Assembly (NCBI GenBank): GCA_026996165.1
Contig: JALWMP010000062.1
Coordinates: forward strand, 1-57,089
Length of the DNA: 57,089 bases
Origin: Campylobacteraceae bacterium
Lineage (GTDB): Bacteria > Campylobacterota > Campylobacteria > Campylobacterales > Sulfurovaceae
Direction of reading: 5' to 3'
The notes under the pieces: model-generated
The model's database searches: none
What the model was told of the DNA's origin: nothing
Seen by the model: only the letters and a program-made list of their open reading frames with translations
In this document: positions 30,309-40,433 of the stretch, one piece after another
Layout of the letters: the number at the start of each line of letters is the position of its first letter
How positions within the stretch are numbered: the stretch's first letter is position 1
Made by a program: the position numbers and the translations under genes

Positions 30309-32291
30309 ATGGTGGAGAGTAAACTTGAAACTGCAATATATCTAAAAGAGTTAGCAAACTTTAAACAGGCTATATTGTTATTAAAAAAATATATAAAAAA
30401 AAATCCAACCAATATAGAAGTTTATGGACATTTAATACATGCTTTAACATTGAATAATCAAATTAAAGAGGCATGGCATTATCTTAATAAAGCAGAAAAA
30501 CTTCAAAAAAACAATAGCATAATCTTGTCATATAAGGCTAGACTATTATTAAAAGAGAGAAAACTAGAAGAGGCTTTTAATACTATACAGTTTGCATATA
30601 ATCAAGATAAAAATTCAGGGTTTATACTTTTAACATTTGCAAATATACTTAGTTCGATGGGTGCAACAGATAAAGCAAAAGAGGCTCTTAATTTAGCTAT
30701 TAGAGTTGATCCAAAGTTAGCTGAGGCTTATGCTCTTCGTGCTATATATTTTAATAAAGAAGGAGATAGAGCAAAAGCTTTATTATATGCAAAAAAAGCT
30801 CTTTTACTTAAACCTCACTTAAAAGTTATAGAATCAATAACAGAAGCAAATAATCTTTTAGAAGCAATATCTCTTATTAAAGAGGTATTAAAATCTATTC
30901 CAGCTAAAAAAAATATATTGCTTCTTAATAAACTAGCAGACTATCAATATCAGGTAAATGATAAAGAGAGTGCAATGGATACATTGACTCAAATAATAAA
31001 TCGTGTTCCAAATTCAGTTGATGTACGAATAAAAATAGCCAATATATTAACAGAAAAAGGAGAGTATAATAGTGCCATAAAACACTATAATATAGCAAAA
31101 AAATATGCTCCAAATAATTCTCGAATATTTAATAACTTAGGATTATGTTATAAGCAAAAAGGGGATGCTGAACCTTCTGAAAAAAATTTTAAAAAAGCTT
31201 TGAGTTTAAATCCAAATGATTATCATATATACTCAAATTTAGCTCTTTTGTTTATAGATGAAAACAGATATGAAGATGCTATAAAGGTTATAAATAGTGC
31301 CTTAAAAATAAATCCCGAAGAGATGGATTTATATATGACATTAGGACTCTGTTATATTGGGTTATATAGATATTCACAAGCCATGGAAGTTGCTAAAAAA
31401 GCACTTAATATAAATCCAAATGCAAGTAAAATACATCATCTTGTAGGTGAAATATATATGAAACAGGGAGAGTTAAAAAAAGCTTTAGATAGTTTACACA
31501 CCTCTTTGGAGTGCTATTTACAAGATTTAGAAAATGCAAAAATTATTAAACCACCAGTTATTTCTAGATATATGAATACTGAGAATGCGAAAATAGTTTT
31601 AAAAAAAGTTTACAAAGTATTTAAAGAAAAAAATATAAAAATCTTTCTATCTTCTGGAACATTGCTGGGAATAGTTAGAGATGGTGATTTACTACCTTAT
31701 GACAAAGATATGGATATTGGTGTAGATTGGGATGTTTCAAGAGAGTTAGTAGAAGAGACACTAAAAGAGATTGGTTTTAAAATACAATATTCATCAGCTA
31801 AAGATAGAGAGTGGTTAGTAACAGGTGCAGATAGAGAGTTAGGAGTTACTGTAGATTTTTTCTTTTATAAAAAATTACAAAATAAAACGGTTTATGGTTT
31901 CCATGGAGAACCATACCCTATTTTGTGGGAGTTTCCTCATTTTGAACTATCTACCATTGAGTATAATGGAGATAAATGGCTTATCCCTTCACCTTATGAG
32001 GTCTATTGTGAGACTATGTATGGTGAAAATTGGAGAACTCCTATTTCAAATTATGATACTATGTTATCTTCTTCAAATCTTGTAAAAGAGTCAGAAACTT
32101 TAGCTATTTGTTATGGTATTGCTAGATTAATAGATAATATAAAAAGAAGTAATTATAAAAAAGCAAAAGGTTACTGCGAACAACTATTAGCTATACACAA
32201 TGCACCAATTATCCATAAACTAATGAAGAAAATGGAGACTATTTTAGATGACTATGAAAAAACTATTAGTTTAAAAAGAGATGGTGACTAA
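30309..32291 (+). CDS. TPR-repeat protein with C-terminal LicD/fukutin-family phosphotransferase domain
   Basis: Many TPRs in aa 1-~400. GTLLGIVRDGDLLPYDKDMDIG, VDFFF and YGENW motifs. Confidence 0.85.
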   Translation: MVESKLETAIYLKELANFKQAILLLKKYIKKNPTNIEVYGHLIHALTLNNQIKEAWHYLNKAEKLQKNNSIILSYKARLLLKERKLEEAFNTIQFAYNQDKNSGFILLTFANILSSMGATDKAKEALNLAIRVDPKLAEAYALRAIYFNKEGDRAKALLYAKKALLLKPHLKVIESITEANNLLEAISLIKEVLKSIPAKKNILLLNKLADYQYQVNDKESAMDTLTQIINRVPNSVDVRIKIANILTEKGEYNSAIKHYNIAKKYAPNNSRIFNNLGLCYKQKGDAEPSEKNFKKALSLNPNDYHIYSNLALLFIDENRYEDAIKVINSALKINPEEMDLYMTLGLCYIGLYRYSQAMEVAKKALNINPNASKIHHLVGEIYMKQGELKKALDSLHTSLECYLQDLENAKIIKPPVISRYMNTENAKIVLKKVYKVFKEKNIKIFLSSGTLLGIVRDGDLLPYDKDMDIGVDWDVSRELVEETLKEIGFKIQYSSAKDREWLVTGADRELGVTVDFFFYKKLQNKTVYGFHGEPYPILWEFPHFELSTIEYNGDKWLIPSPYEVYCETMYGENWRTPISNYDTMLSSSNLVKESETLAICYGIARLIDNIKRSNYKKAKGYCEQLLAIHNAPIIHKLMKKMETILDDYEKTISLKRDGD

Positions 32292-33350
32292 ACTATTATT
32301 TGCTCGACTCTCTTTTTTTAAGCTTATTTGAAGTTTAATTAACTCTTCTTTGTCAATAGTATAACTACTAAACTCTGTAGAGATATTTAACTCTTTTAAA
32401 ATATCTTTTAACTTATTTGATGAGAGTTCCCCAAAAATTTCTGTTAAAGCATTATCTATAAAATCATATTTACCAATAATATTATCTATCAATAAAGGCA
32501 GAGTAAAACTACAAGCTATGCCATGAGGTATGCCTTTGTATGTGGTTATATAGTAACTCATGGCATGAGCTAAAGCTGTTTGAGTATTTGAAAAGGCCAA
32601 TCCTGCATACATAGAAGCTTTTAAAACTTTATCTCTATAGTTAAGATTTTCTAAATTATTTGAGAGTGCTACAAGATTTTCTACAATCAATTTAGCTGAT
32701 TTTATAGCATAATTTATCGTTATTTCATTCGCATTTTTATTCCAAATAGACTCTAAAGCATGAGATAGAGTATCTAATCCTGTTTGAATGGTTATATCTT
32801 TTGGAACTGATAGAGTTAAAGTAGAGTCATAAATAGCAATTTCACTAAACAAATTAGTCAGATGAAGTGAGTATTTTTTCTTTTCACTCATATCCCAAAT
32901 AGTAGCCCAAGGTGTTATTTCACTTCCTGTTCCTGCTGTTGTAGGAACAGATATAATAGGTATGAGTCTATAATCTTTTTTTGGTAGTTTACCTTTTATA
33001 ATATCTTCTACAAACTGATACTCTTTTTTTTGATTGTAAACTGAAAAGAATTTTGAAGCATCTATAACACTTCCACCACCAATAGCCAATATAAGTTCAA
33101 ACTCTATCTTGTGTACTTTACTATAAATAGCCTCTAAGTCTTTAAACTCAGGGTGTGATTTTACCTCTGATATAACATTAACAATACTATTTGTTAAAGC
33201 TTTTATCTTATCTACTAAACCCCTTTTTACAAATCCAGCAGAGGTTATCAATAGAGTTTTTCTGCCATCTATATACTTATCAATATTTTCTAACTCATTA
33301 TTGCCATAAACTATTTTAGTAGGCATCTGATATGTAAATCTTTTATTCAT
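32271..33350 (-). CDS. iron-containing alcohol dehydrogenase, probable phosphonoacetaldehyde reductase
   Basis: IGGGSVID, VPTTAGTGSE, DTLSHALES, HAMSY, PHG. Translationally coupled to ppd. Confidence 0.85.
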   Translation of the reverse strand: MNKRFTYQMPTKIVYGNNELENIDKYIDGRKTLLITSAGFVKRGLVDKIKALTNSIVNVISEVKSHPEFKDLEAIYSKVHKIEFELILAIGGGSVIDASKFFSVYNQKKEYQFVEDIIKGKLPKKDYRLIPIISVPTTAGTGSEITPWATIWDMSEKKKYSLHLTNLFSEIAIYDSTLTLSVPKDITIQTGLDTLSHALESIWNKNANEITINYAIKSAKLIVENLVALSNNLENLNYRDKVLKASMYAGLAFSNTQTALAHAMSYYITTYKGIPHGIACSFTLPLLIDNIIGKYDFIDNALTEIFGELSSNKLKDILKELNISTEFSSYTIDKEELIKLQISLKKESRANNSLVTISF

Positions 33351-34390
33351 TTTAGTCTATTTACCTTTACTTTTTCTACTGGTGGTCTTGGAGTCTCATT
33401 ATCTACTCCACACTTAATATGCAGAAAATTTAGCCCTTTTTTAGGACTATTTAAAAACTCTTCAAAATCTTTTAATATATCTAAACCTGCACCTTTTGCA
33501 ATAGAGTTATAATCAATATGATTTTGATAGCTATTTTGTCCACCTGTTGATTTATTCTGCTCATTATCAAATAATATATAAGTTAAATTTATGTTTTTGT
33601 ATCTACCTGCTGTAGTCAATCCTCCCATGTGCATAACAAACTCAGCATCTCCACCACAAACAATCACTTTTTTACCTGCTAAACTTGCACCAAGCCCAAG
33701 ACTCAAAGCACCTCCCATATTTCCTACCATATAGAAGTTATTTGTATTTGGCATAAAACTATATATCTCTCTTGCTGTATGTCCTGTTGTTCCTATAAAA
33801 AGTGTATCTGTATCTTTAAAATTTTTGTTTAATCTCTCTAAAAACTCACTTCTAGGTAGATAACTTGTCATATCTAATTTATGTTCATTATCTAACTCTA
33901 CTTTTGAAAAAGTATCTTTTTGTAAAATTGCTATAGTTTCTGAGTTATTGCATAAATTTATTTGGGATATTGTATTTTCTATATTTTTGTTATCTAAAAT
34001 AGTATAGTCATAACCATAAGCATTTATAAGAGCAGGCAGCTTTGTTGCTAAATGTTGATGCTGTATTTCACTATCACCATCTTTATATGTTCTCCAACTA
34101 GTGATGATAGGAAAGGTAACTCCATAAGGTTTTAAAAGACTTGTGATACAACTTCCCATGTTTGTCAGTCCAGAAGATTGCACTATAACTATAGGTTTTT
34201 TACCAGCCATTTTTAAACCAGCTGCTATCGAACAAGCTACTGCTTCACTTGCACTTGGAATATACTCTAGTTTATCACTATTTATAACTGAATTTATAAG
34301 ATTTTTAGCAAAACTACATGGAACTACACATATATGGGTATATCCTTCTTTAATCAATTTTTCTACAAAAATATTAGTATCTAATGCCAT
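33347..34390 (-). CDS. ppd: phosphonopyruvate decarboxylase
   Basis: VPCS, SEAVA, QSSGLTN, EIQH, GTTGHTARE, FYMVGNMG, ThDP motif GDAEFVM...DN, STGGQ. Confidence 0.88.
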   Translation of the reverse strand: MALDTNIFVEKLIKEGYTHICVVPCSFAKNLINSVINSDKLEYIPSASEAVACSIAAGLKMAGKKPIVIVQSSGLTNMGSCITSLLKPYGVTFPIITSWRTYKDGDSEIQHQHLATKLPALINAYGYDYTILDNKNIENTISQINLCNNSETIAILQKDTFSKVELDNEHKLDMTSYLPRSEFLERLNKNFKDTDTLFIGTTGHTAREIYSFMPNTNNFYMVGNMGGALSLGLGASLAGKKVIVCGGDAEFVMHMGGLTTAGRYKNINLTYILFDNEQNKSTGGQNSYQNHIDYNSIAKGAGLDILKDFEEFLNSPKKGLNFLHIKCGVDNETPRPPVEKVKVNRLK

Positions 34391-35679
34391 TATTTTGTTC
34401 CTGGGATTAAGTCTAATATCTCTTCAATTGGAAGTAATTCCTTTTCTACTTCATAGCTTCTATCATTTTTTAAAATAGATTCTGCAACTTTTATCATACC
34501 AGGATATGCTGCTCTTAGCATATGATTGGCATATATTACAATATTGACTCCAGCTTCTCCTAGCTCTTTAGCCGTAATCTGATTATAACTTGTTGGAACT
34601 GCAACAATAGGTATCTTTTTATCATACTTTCTTAAAATATCACAAAATTCTAAAATCTCATCGGGAGATTTTTTTCTTGAGTGTATCATGATACCATCAC
34701 TACCTGCTTGAATATAAGCTTTTGCTCTTGTTATAGCATCTTCCATACCTTTTTCCAAAATTAAACTCTCTATTCGTGAAATAATCATAAAATCATCGGT
34801 TATTTGTGCTCTTTTACCTATTTTAATTTTATTACAAAAATTTTCTATACTATCTTGTGTTTGTAAAACTTCATTTCCAAAAAGAGAGTTTTTCTTTAAT
34901 CCTGTTTTATCTTCGATAATAACAGCACTTACCCCTGTTCTCTCAAGTGTTCTAACAGTAAAAACAAAATGTTCAGCTATCCCACCTGTATCTGCATCAT
35001 ATATCATAGGTTTTGTTGTAACTTCAAAAATCTCATTTATTGTATTTATTCTTGCACTTACATCTACTGCCTCTATATCTGGTTTCCCTTTTGATGTAGA
35101 ATCTGTTAAAGAGCTTGACCACATGGCATCATACTCTATGTTGTTACTTTTTATATTTTCTACTATTAAACCACTTAAGGCATTGTGTACTTCCATTACT
35201 CGCACTATAGGTTTAGATTTTATTAACCTTCTTAATCTTGCTCTTCTTATGTCTGGTGTTGTTCCTATCTCTTTTAAAGAATTATTAAGTTGAGTTGAAG
35301 AGATACCCTTAGTATATTCTACCTCTACAAGTTTTCCACCCCATTTTGCTAAAGTATCTATAACTTGTTGTCTGGTTTTTGCTTGAACTCCCTCTCTCCA
35401 ATCATCACCATGCACAACATAATCTGGTTTAAGTTTTTCTAAATTTGGTCTATAGTCCAGAGTCTCTTGTGGAACAACTTTTGATACACCTTTAATATTT
35501 TCTACTACAGCTTTTCGTTGTTCATAAGTCATATACGGTAGTCGTTTATAACTTGCTATTGCTTTATCTGTCAAAAGTCCAATAGTAATTTCACCAAGTT
35601 TTATAGCTTCTTTAATTATGTTCATATGTCCAGGGTGAATAAGGTCTGCACTCATACCAATATAGACTTTTTTATTCAT
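34390..35679 (-). CDS. pepM: phosphoenolpyruvate mutase with N-terminal cytidylyltransferase-like domain
   Basis: [10 protein letters not shown] fits the PepM signature EDKx5NS. N-terminal DLIHPGH, VHGDDW and ISST (HIGH-family NTP transferase). Confidence 0.95.
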   Translation of the reverse strand: MNKKVYIGMSADLIHPGHMNIIKEAIKLGEITIGLLTDKAIASYKRLPYMTYEQRKAVVENIKGVSKVVPQETLDYRPNLEKLKPDYVVHGDDWREGVQAKTRQQVIDTLAKWGGKLVEVEYTKGISSTQLNNSLKEIGTTPDIRRARLRRLIKSKPIVRVMEVHNALSGLIVENIKSNNIEYDAMWSSSLTDSTSKGKPDIEAVDVSARINTINEIFEVTTKPMIYDADTGGIAEHFVFTVRTLERTGVSAVIIEDKTGLKKNSLFGNEVLQTQDSIENFCNKIKIGKRAQITDDFMIISRIESLILEKGMEDAITRAKAYIQAGSDGIMIHSRKKSPDEILEFCDILRKYDKKIPIVAVPTSYNQITAKELGEAGVNIVIYANHMLRAAYPGMIKVAESILKNDRSYEVEKELLPIEEILDLIPGTK

Positions 35680-36009
35680 ACTAATACCTTTTAATTTTAA
35701 TTGAAAGGATTATATCAAAACTTTTCTCATTTAATACAAGACATAATAGTTTATAAATATTTTATCTTTTTAATTCATTTCTTATATAAATTATTAAATA
35801 AAATAATTAATTATATTTTAAATTATTACATAGTATTTAATTTAATTAAACATATTTTTATCAAATATTTAATAATTTTAGCTATTTTACAATTCAGTTT
35901 TTAAAACTAATTATAAATAAAGAATAATTTTAAGCTTAATATATTAATATATATATTATCTTGGATTATTTATGTAGTTTAAGTATAAATTTATTATAAA
36001 GGAGAGAGT
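35680..36009. promoter_or_regulatory. very AT-rich divergent promoter region
   Basis: Lies between the divergent starts of pepM and the 36010 gene, with SD sequences at both ends. Individual boxes cannot be resolved. Confidence 0.5.
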
Positions 36010-39000
36010 ATGTATAACTTTAGATCTATAGTGTTAAGTACAATAGTTGTTTCAACACTATTTTCAAGTTCCCTTGAAGCTAAAGAGGTTTCCTTGGAGG
36101 AAAAAGTTGAGGGGCTTTATGTTGCCTATTTTAATCGTGCTGCTGATAAAAATGGGTTAGATTATTGGAAAAATAGGGCATTGACAGTAGAACAAGAGGG
36201 TAAGTCAACTGAAGAAGTACTAAAAGAGTTGTCTAAAAGTTTTTCAAAAAATGAGGTATATTCTGCAACCTATGACAGTTTAGATAATCAGGCTTTTGTA
36301 GAGTTGATTTATAAAAATACTTTGGGTAAAGAGGGGGATAGACAAGGTATTGACTATTGGAAAGAGCAATTAGATAGTGGTATGAGCCGTTCTGATATGG
36401 TAGCTACTTTCATTGAAACTTCACTTAGTATAGATATAAATAAAGAAAATTTTCCTAATTATAGTGATACAGAACTTTCTATAGCACAAAAAAGACAAGA
36501 TTTTTTATCTAATAGAGTAAAAACAGCATTAACTTTTACTAATAAATTAGGTACGGTAAATAATATTGAAGATAACACACAAGATGTAAAATCTCTACCA
36601 GAATATTTAGCTTCTATTAATATTATCAAGAAAGTTAATGATGACCCTAATAGCATGACTGAAGCTATAAATTACATTAATAGTTTAAGTCCTGATAAAA
36701 CAGCTATTGAACTTATTAATAATGGATGGAATAAACCACCTCTTGCTAAAGATAAATCTATTAAAATTAGTGATAGCAACAGTAGTGTAAAAATTGATTT
36801 AAAAACAATGATATCAGATCCTGATGGTATAGAAGATATTGTATCTATTGTAGTAGATTCATCTAAAACTCAAGGTAAAGTAACTTATGATGAATCAAGT
36901 AAAATTATCACTTATCAAGCTAAGCAAGGATTTAAAGGCACTGATACTATTATCTATACGATTAAAGATCTTGCAGGATTAAGTGCTAGTGGAAAAATTA
37001 AACTTACTATAGGCTCAACTATAGGTAGTGGTGGTGTTGGTGGAGGAGTTGGTGGTTCATCTTCTTCTAAAAGCAATTCTGTTGTTGAACTTGGTAGATT
37101 GGCAGATGCTATGGTTAGTATTTATGAATTAGAAGAAAATGCTACTGTCTGTGAACTTCCTGAACCAAAATGGAAAGATATTAAAACTTCAGGAGATAAT
37201 TCTGATTTAGAAAAAATAGGTATTTTTGATGCTCATATAAAAGAACTTGATCCAAATAAGTACTATTTATATAGAGTAAAAGGTGGTAAAGATTGGGATA
37301 GTGATGATGATGGTGTTAAAGATGCTACTCCTACACCAAATAGAGGTACTATTAATTTAGTTATTAAAGGCGATGATGTAGAAGATAATTTACGTGTCAC
37401 AGTTGCTTCAGAACTAATTTTTAGAAAACTTGGATGTAATAGTTTAACTAAAGATGAACTTGATGGTTATGCTAAATCATTAGTTCAAAAAGATTTAAAT
37501 GGTGATGGCAAGATAGATTCTAAAGATGTAGCAAAATATAATCCTGTAAAAGATAAAAAAGATGAAGGTACTCATTTAAATGGTGAGAGTGAAGATGAAA
37601 TGGATAATTTACTTACTAACATTCATGATGATACTTCAGATAGTGATGGAGATGGGATTACAGATAAAGATGAGAAAACTATAGGTTCTAATCCAAATAA
37701 TCCAGATAGTGATGGTGATGGTGTTAAAGATGGTGAGGAGATGAAAAATGCTGATGGGGATTTAGACCTTACTATTGATACCGATGGAGATGGTAAAGTT
37801 AATGCTATAGACCCAGATGATGATGATGATACTATTTTAACAAAAATAGAAAATACTGATGGTATTAGTGATACAGATAAAGATGGAACACCAGATTATC
37901 TCGATAATGATGATGATGGAGACAAAGATGAAGCTGGTGGTGGTTTGACTATTGATGAGAAAAAAGATGGAGATAGAGACAATGATGGTTTACCTGATTA
38001 TCTTGAAGTTCCAGCTTTAGAGACAGTTTATACATTACGAAGTAAAGATTTTGCATTTGCCTTAGATGATGATGGTAATCCTGATGTAGGAAATGCTTGG
38101 GTTGCTCCAACCTTTGGAGCTGGTAAATTAACTTATGCTATCAAAAAAACTGATACTGATGATCCTGTTGATGATAAGTATGAATATAATGAGTATGAAT
38201 ATAGAGTAGATAAAATAAATGGTTCAGACCCTGCTGTTAAAGATACAACTACACATATAACTAGAAGTGTAGAACTTTTAGATAAAGCAACAGCTATTGT
38301 AGCTACTGGATATAAAGTAGAGAAGTACGATGTTAGTGATGTTGCAAATATTGGAGACCCTGTTGTAGAGACAGATATTAGAGAAGATATAACAGAAAAT
38401 GATCGAGCAATGATTTTAAAATATAGGGGATTGAGTACAGTAAATCTTACTAATTATGATATATCTTTAAATGCTGATAAAGATAAAATTTATGTATCTA
38501 CTAATAGAGGTATATTTGAATATAATGCAGGTTTAGCATTGCAAAATATTTATGGACATAGAATACCTTTTGTTGCATCAACAGTATCTAAAAATACTCC
38601 AACAACTTTGTATGGCTTACATCGTGGAGGATATTTAGTAAAATTAAATATGAAAAGAGATGCAGATAAGTGGTGGGATAAAACACTTGCTAATCTTCCA
38701 AGTTATCATTTTGGAGGTTTCTCTTATGATGTAGAGACTACCGTTATTGATGGTAAAGAGTATGCAATTATTGCAAATGGTAGATATATTACTAAGATAG
38801 ATTTAAGTATTCCAGCTATATCTAGTCAAATGAGAACAAATTATTGGCAATATAAAAAAGATATATGGAAAAGTACAGCAGATGGTGGAGTAGATGGTTG
38901 TCGTGTAGCAACGGGTATTACTATAGACCCTGATGACCCTGCTAAAGTTTATGTCTCTTGTGCCAATGGAGCAATCAGACATACAGATATACCAGCAGAA

Positions 39001-40089
39001 GCCGTTAATGAACAAGGACCACATATCAATAAAATTCTTGCTGCTGACTTAATTGTTTCTGGAGATGGTGCAAGTGCTTATGTTATAACAGGAAGAGAGG
39101 GTTCTGGTGCTTCTAAATTAATAAGATATGCAATAGATGATGATGGTGAATTTTACAATAAAACACAACTTTTACCAGAAACAGACCCTACTATACCTCT
39201 AAGAGATAGAACTATAGGCGTTAGTGATATTATCTTTGTTCCTGATTCAGATGATTTAGCTGCATTTGTAACAGCTAATCGAGGTATTTATAAGGTAAAT
39301 CTTATGACAGGTAAAGCTACAAGATTAGATGATGATGGAGCAACAACTGTATTTGAACATTTTTATAATAGACCTATTGGAGTATTAAATAAAAATGTTA
39401 GAAAACTAGCTCTTGCTCTTACTGATGAAAATGCAAACATTGCGTTTAGTCGAGTAGCATACTCTATTGGAACTATGCCAGCAGCAGGAGGACCAGCAAT
39501 ATACAATATGGTACCTGGACCTAAATCGAATGCACTCTATAATAATTTACTACAAGGTACATCATATATACTAGCAATAGATATAGATGCTGACTTTAAT
39601 GTCTTTACAGCTCATGGTAATAGAGGATTAGTTAAATCAATTCAAGGTGGGACAGATTATACATTTGATAGTATTTTAACACCACAAGAAGATTATAGAG
39701 CAGCTATTGCCGCAGCTGGTCGACTTGTTCCTTATCATGGGGGAATGGAAGATGTACAACTAGCAGGTGGAGATGCAAATGAAGATTATATTTATGTTGC
39801 AACTAGTACAGGTTGGCTAGAGCAAAGAGCTAAAAATTTAGCTTTAGTAGGAGACTATGTTCAAATAGGAGATGATAATGGTATTACAAATTATGAAAAC
39901 TTACGAGATAGAAATGCTAAATTAGATGGTCCAACACTTAAAATAGCAGGTTGTTATAGAGCAATGGGTGTCTATCTTTTTGCAAATAAAGCACATGTTG
40001 CTTGTGGAAATAGACTAGTAACTGTTGATTACGTAGATGATGCTTTACATCAACCATTTACTCAACCATATCTTCCTCTTCCTGAGTAA
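36010..40089 (+). CDS. large surface protein: signal peptide, DUF4214-type domain, Ig-like domain, DxDxDG Ca-binding repeats, probable beta-propeller
   Basis: Signal ending LEA-KE. LYVAYFNRAAD..GLDYW, NKPPLAKD...GFKGTDTIIYTIKD, Gly/Ser linker, many DSDGDG/DTDGDG repeats, C-terminal beta-rich region with Cys. Confidence 0.8.
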   Translation: MYNFRSIVLSTIVVSTLFSSSLEAKEVSLEEKVEGLYVAYFNRAADKNGLDYWKNRALTVEQEGKSTEEVLKELSKSFSKNEVYSATYDSLDNQAFVELIYKNTLGKEGDRQGIDYWKEQLDSGMSRSDMVATFIETSLSIDINKENFPNYSDTELSIAQKRQDFLSNRVKTALTFTNKLGTVNNIEDNTQDVKSLPEYLASINIIKKVNDDPNSMTEAINYINSLSPDKTAIELINNGWNKPPLAKDKSIKISDSNSSVKIDLKTMISDPDGIEDIVSIVVDSSKTQGKVTYDESSKIITYQAKQGFKGTDTIIYTIKDLAGLSASGKIKLTIGSTIGSGGVGGGVGGSSSSKSNSVVELGRLADAMVSIYELEENATVCELPEPKWKDIKTSGDNSDLEKIGIFDAHIKELDPNKYYLYRVKGGKDWDSDDDGVKDATPTPNRGTINLVIKGDDVEDNLRVTVASELIFRKLGCNSLTKDELDGYAKSLVQKDLNGDGKIDSKDVAKYNPVKDKKDEGTHLNGESEDEMDNLLTNIHDDTSDSDGDGITDKDEKTIGSNPNNPDSDGDGVKDGEEMKNADGDLDLTIDTDGDGKVNAIDPDDDDDTILTKIENTDGISDTDKDGTPDYLDNDDDGDKDEAGGGLTIDEKKDGDRDNDGLPDYLEVPALETVYTLRSKDFAFALDDDGNPDVGNAWVAPTFGAGKLTYAIKKTDTDDPVDDKYEYNEYEYRVDKINGSDPAVKDTTTHITRSVELLDKATAIVATGYKVEKYDVSDVANIGDPVVETDIREDITENDRAMILKYRGLSTVNLTNYDISLNADKDKIYVSTNRGIFEYNAGLALQNIYGHRIPFVASTVSKNTPTTLYGLHRGGYLVKLNMKRDADKWWDKTLANLPSYHFGGFSYDVETTVIDGKEYAIIANGRYITKIDLSIPAISSQMRTNYWQYKKDIWKSTADGGVDGCRVATGITIDPDDPAKVYVSCANGAIRHTDIPAEAVNEQGPHINKILAADLIVSGDGASAYVITGREGSGASKLIRYAIDDDGEFYNKTQLLPETDPTIPLRDRTIGVSDIIFVPDSDDLAAFVTANRGIYKVNLMTGKATRLDDDGATTVFEHFYNRPIGVLNKNVRKLALALTDENANIAFSRVAYSIGTMPAAGGPAIYNMVPGPKSNALYNNLLQGTSYILAIDIDADFNVFTAHGNRGLVKSIQGGTDYTFDSILTPQEDYRAAIAAAGRLVPYHGGMEDVQLAGGDANEDYIYVATSTGWLEQRAKNLALVGDYVQIGDDNGITNYENLRDRNAKLDGPTLKIAGCYRAMGVYLFANKAHVACGNRLVTVDYVDDALHQPFTQPYLPLPE

Positions 40090-40096
40090 ATTAATC

Positions 40097-40130
40097 TATT
40101 CCACATCTTTTGATGTGGAATATTTTTTTT
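40097..40130 (+). terminator. rho-independent terminator
   Basis: tattccacatc-tttt-gatgtggaata followed by T8. Confidence 0.85.
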
Positions 40131-40200
40131 ATTTAGCTATTTAGGGTCAGGTGGTGAAAATAAACTTTTAAGAAAAAAGTACTATAATACTTAATCTAAA

Positions 40201-40415
40201 AACCTGAGTTAGATGAAATATTATATTCATATATTCACAAAAGCCTAAAAATAGGTAAGATTTTCCATATGATTAGATAGATTTTTTTGGTGAAACTCTA
40301 CAACGAAGTGAAGACAATTAGCTAGTTAGTTTTGTAAAATTTGCCATTGCCTATGCAGTGCTTTGCATTCTCTTTGAGAAAAACCTCATATATCATATTT
40401 CGTCGAACTTAGGTT
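40201..40415. mobile_element. MITE-like structured repeat, copy 2 (diverged, internally deleted)
   Basis: aacctgagttagatgaaata...tatttcgtcgaacttaggtt ends. Internal blocks shared with copies 1 and 3. taaaa at 40197-40201 and 40415-40419. Confidence 0.85.
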
Positions 40416-40433
40416 AAAAATAAGGAGTCATCA

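Noticed and set aside
32271-35679. Phosphonate antibiotic or methylphosphonate pathway
   Set aside because: No downstream tailoring enzymes, MpnS/HEPD or resistance genes are in the window. The context points to surface decoration.
35701-35904. 67-aa ORF
   Set aside because: Low-complexity translation of the AT-rich divergent promoter region.
37630-38000. gatagtgatggtgatgg-like DNA repeats
   Set aside because: Explained by DxDxDG calcium-binding repeats in the protein.
27059-40089. C. fetus-type sapA promoter inversion between the two anchor-domain genes
   Set aside because: The genes are in the same orientation, their 5' DNA is only weakly similar, and no invertase is in the window.
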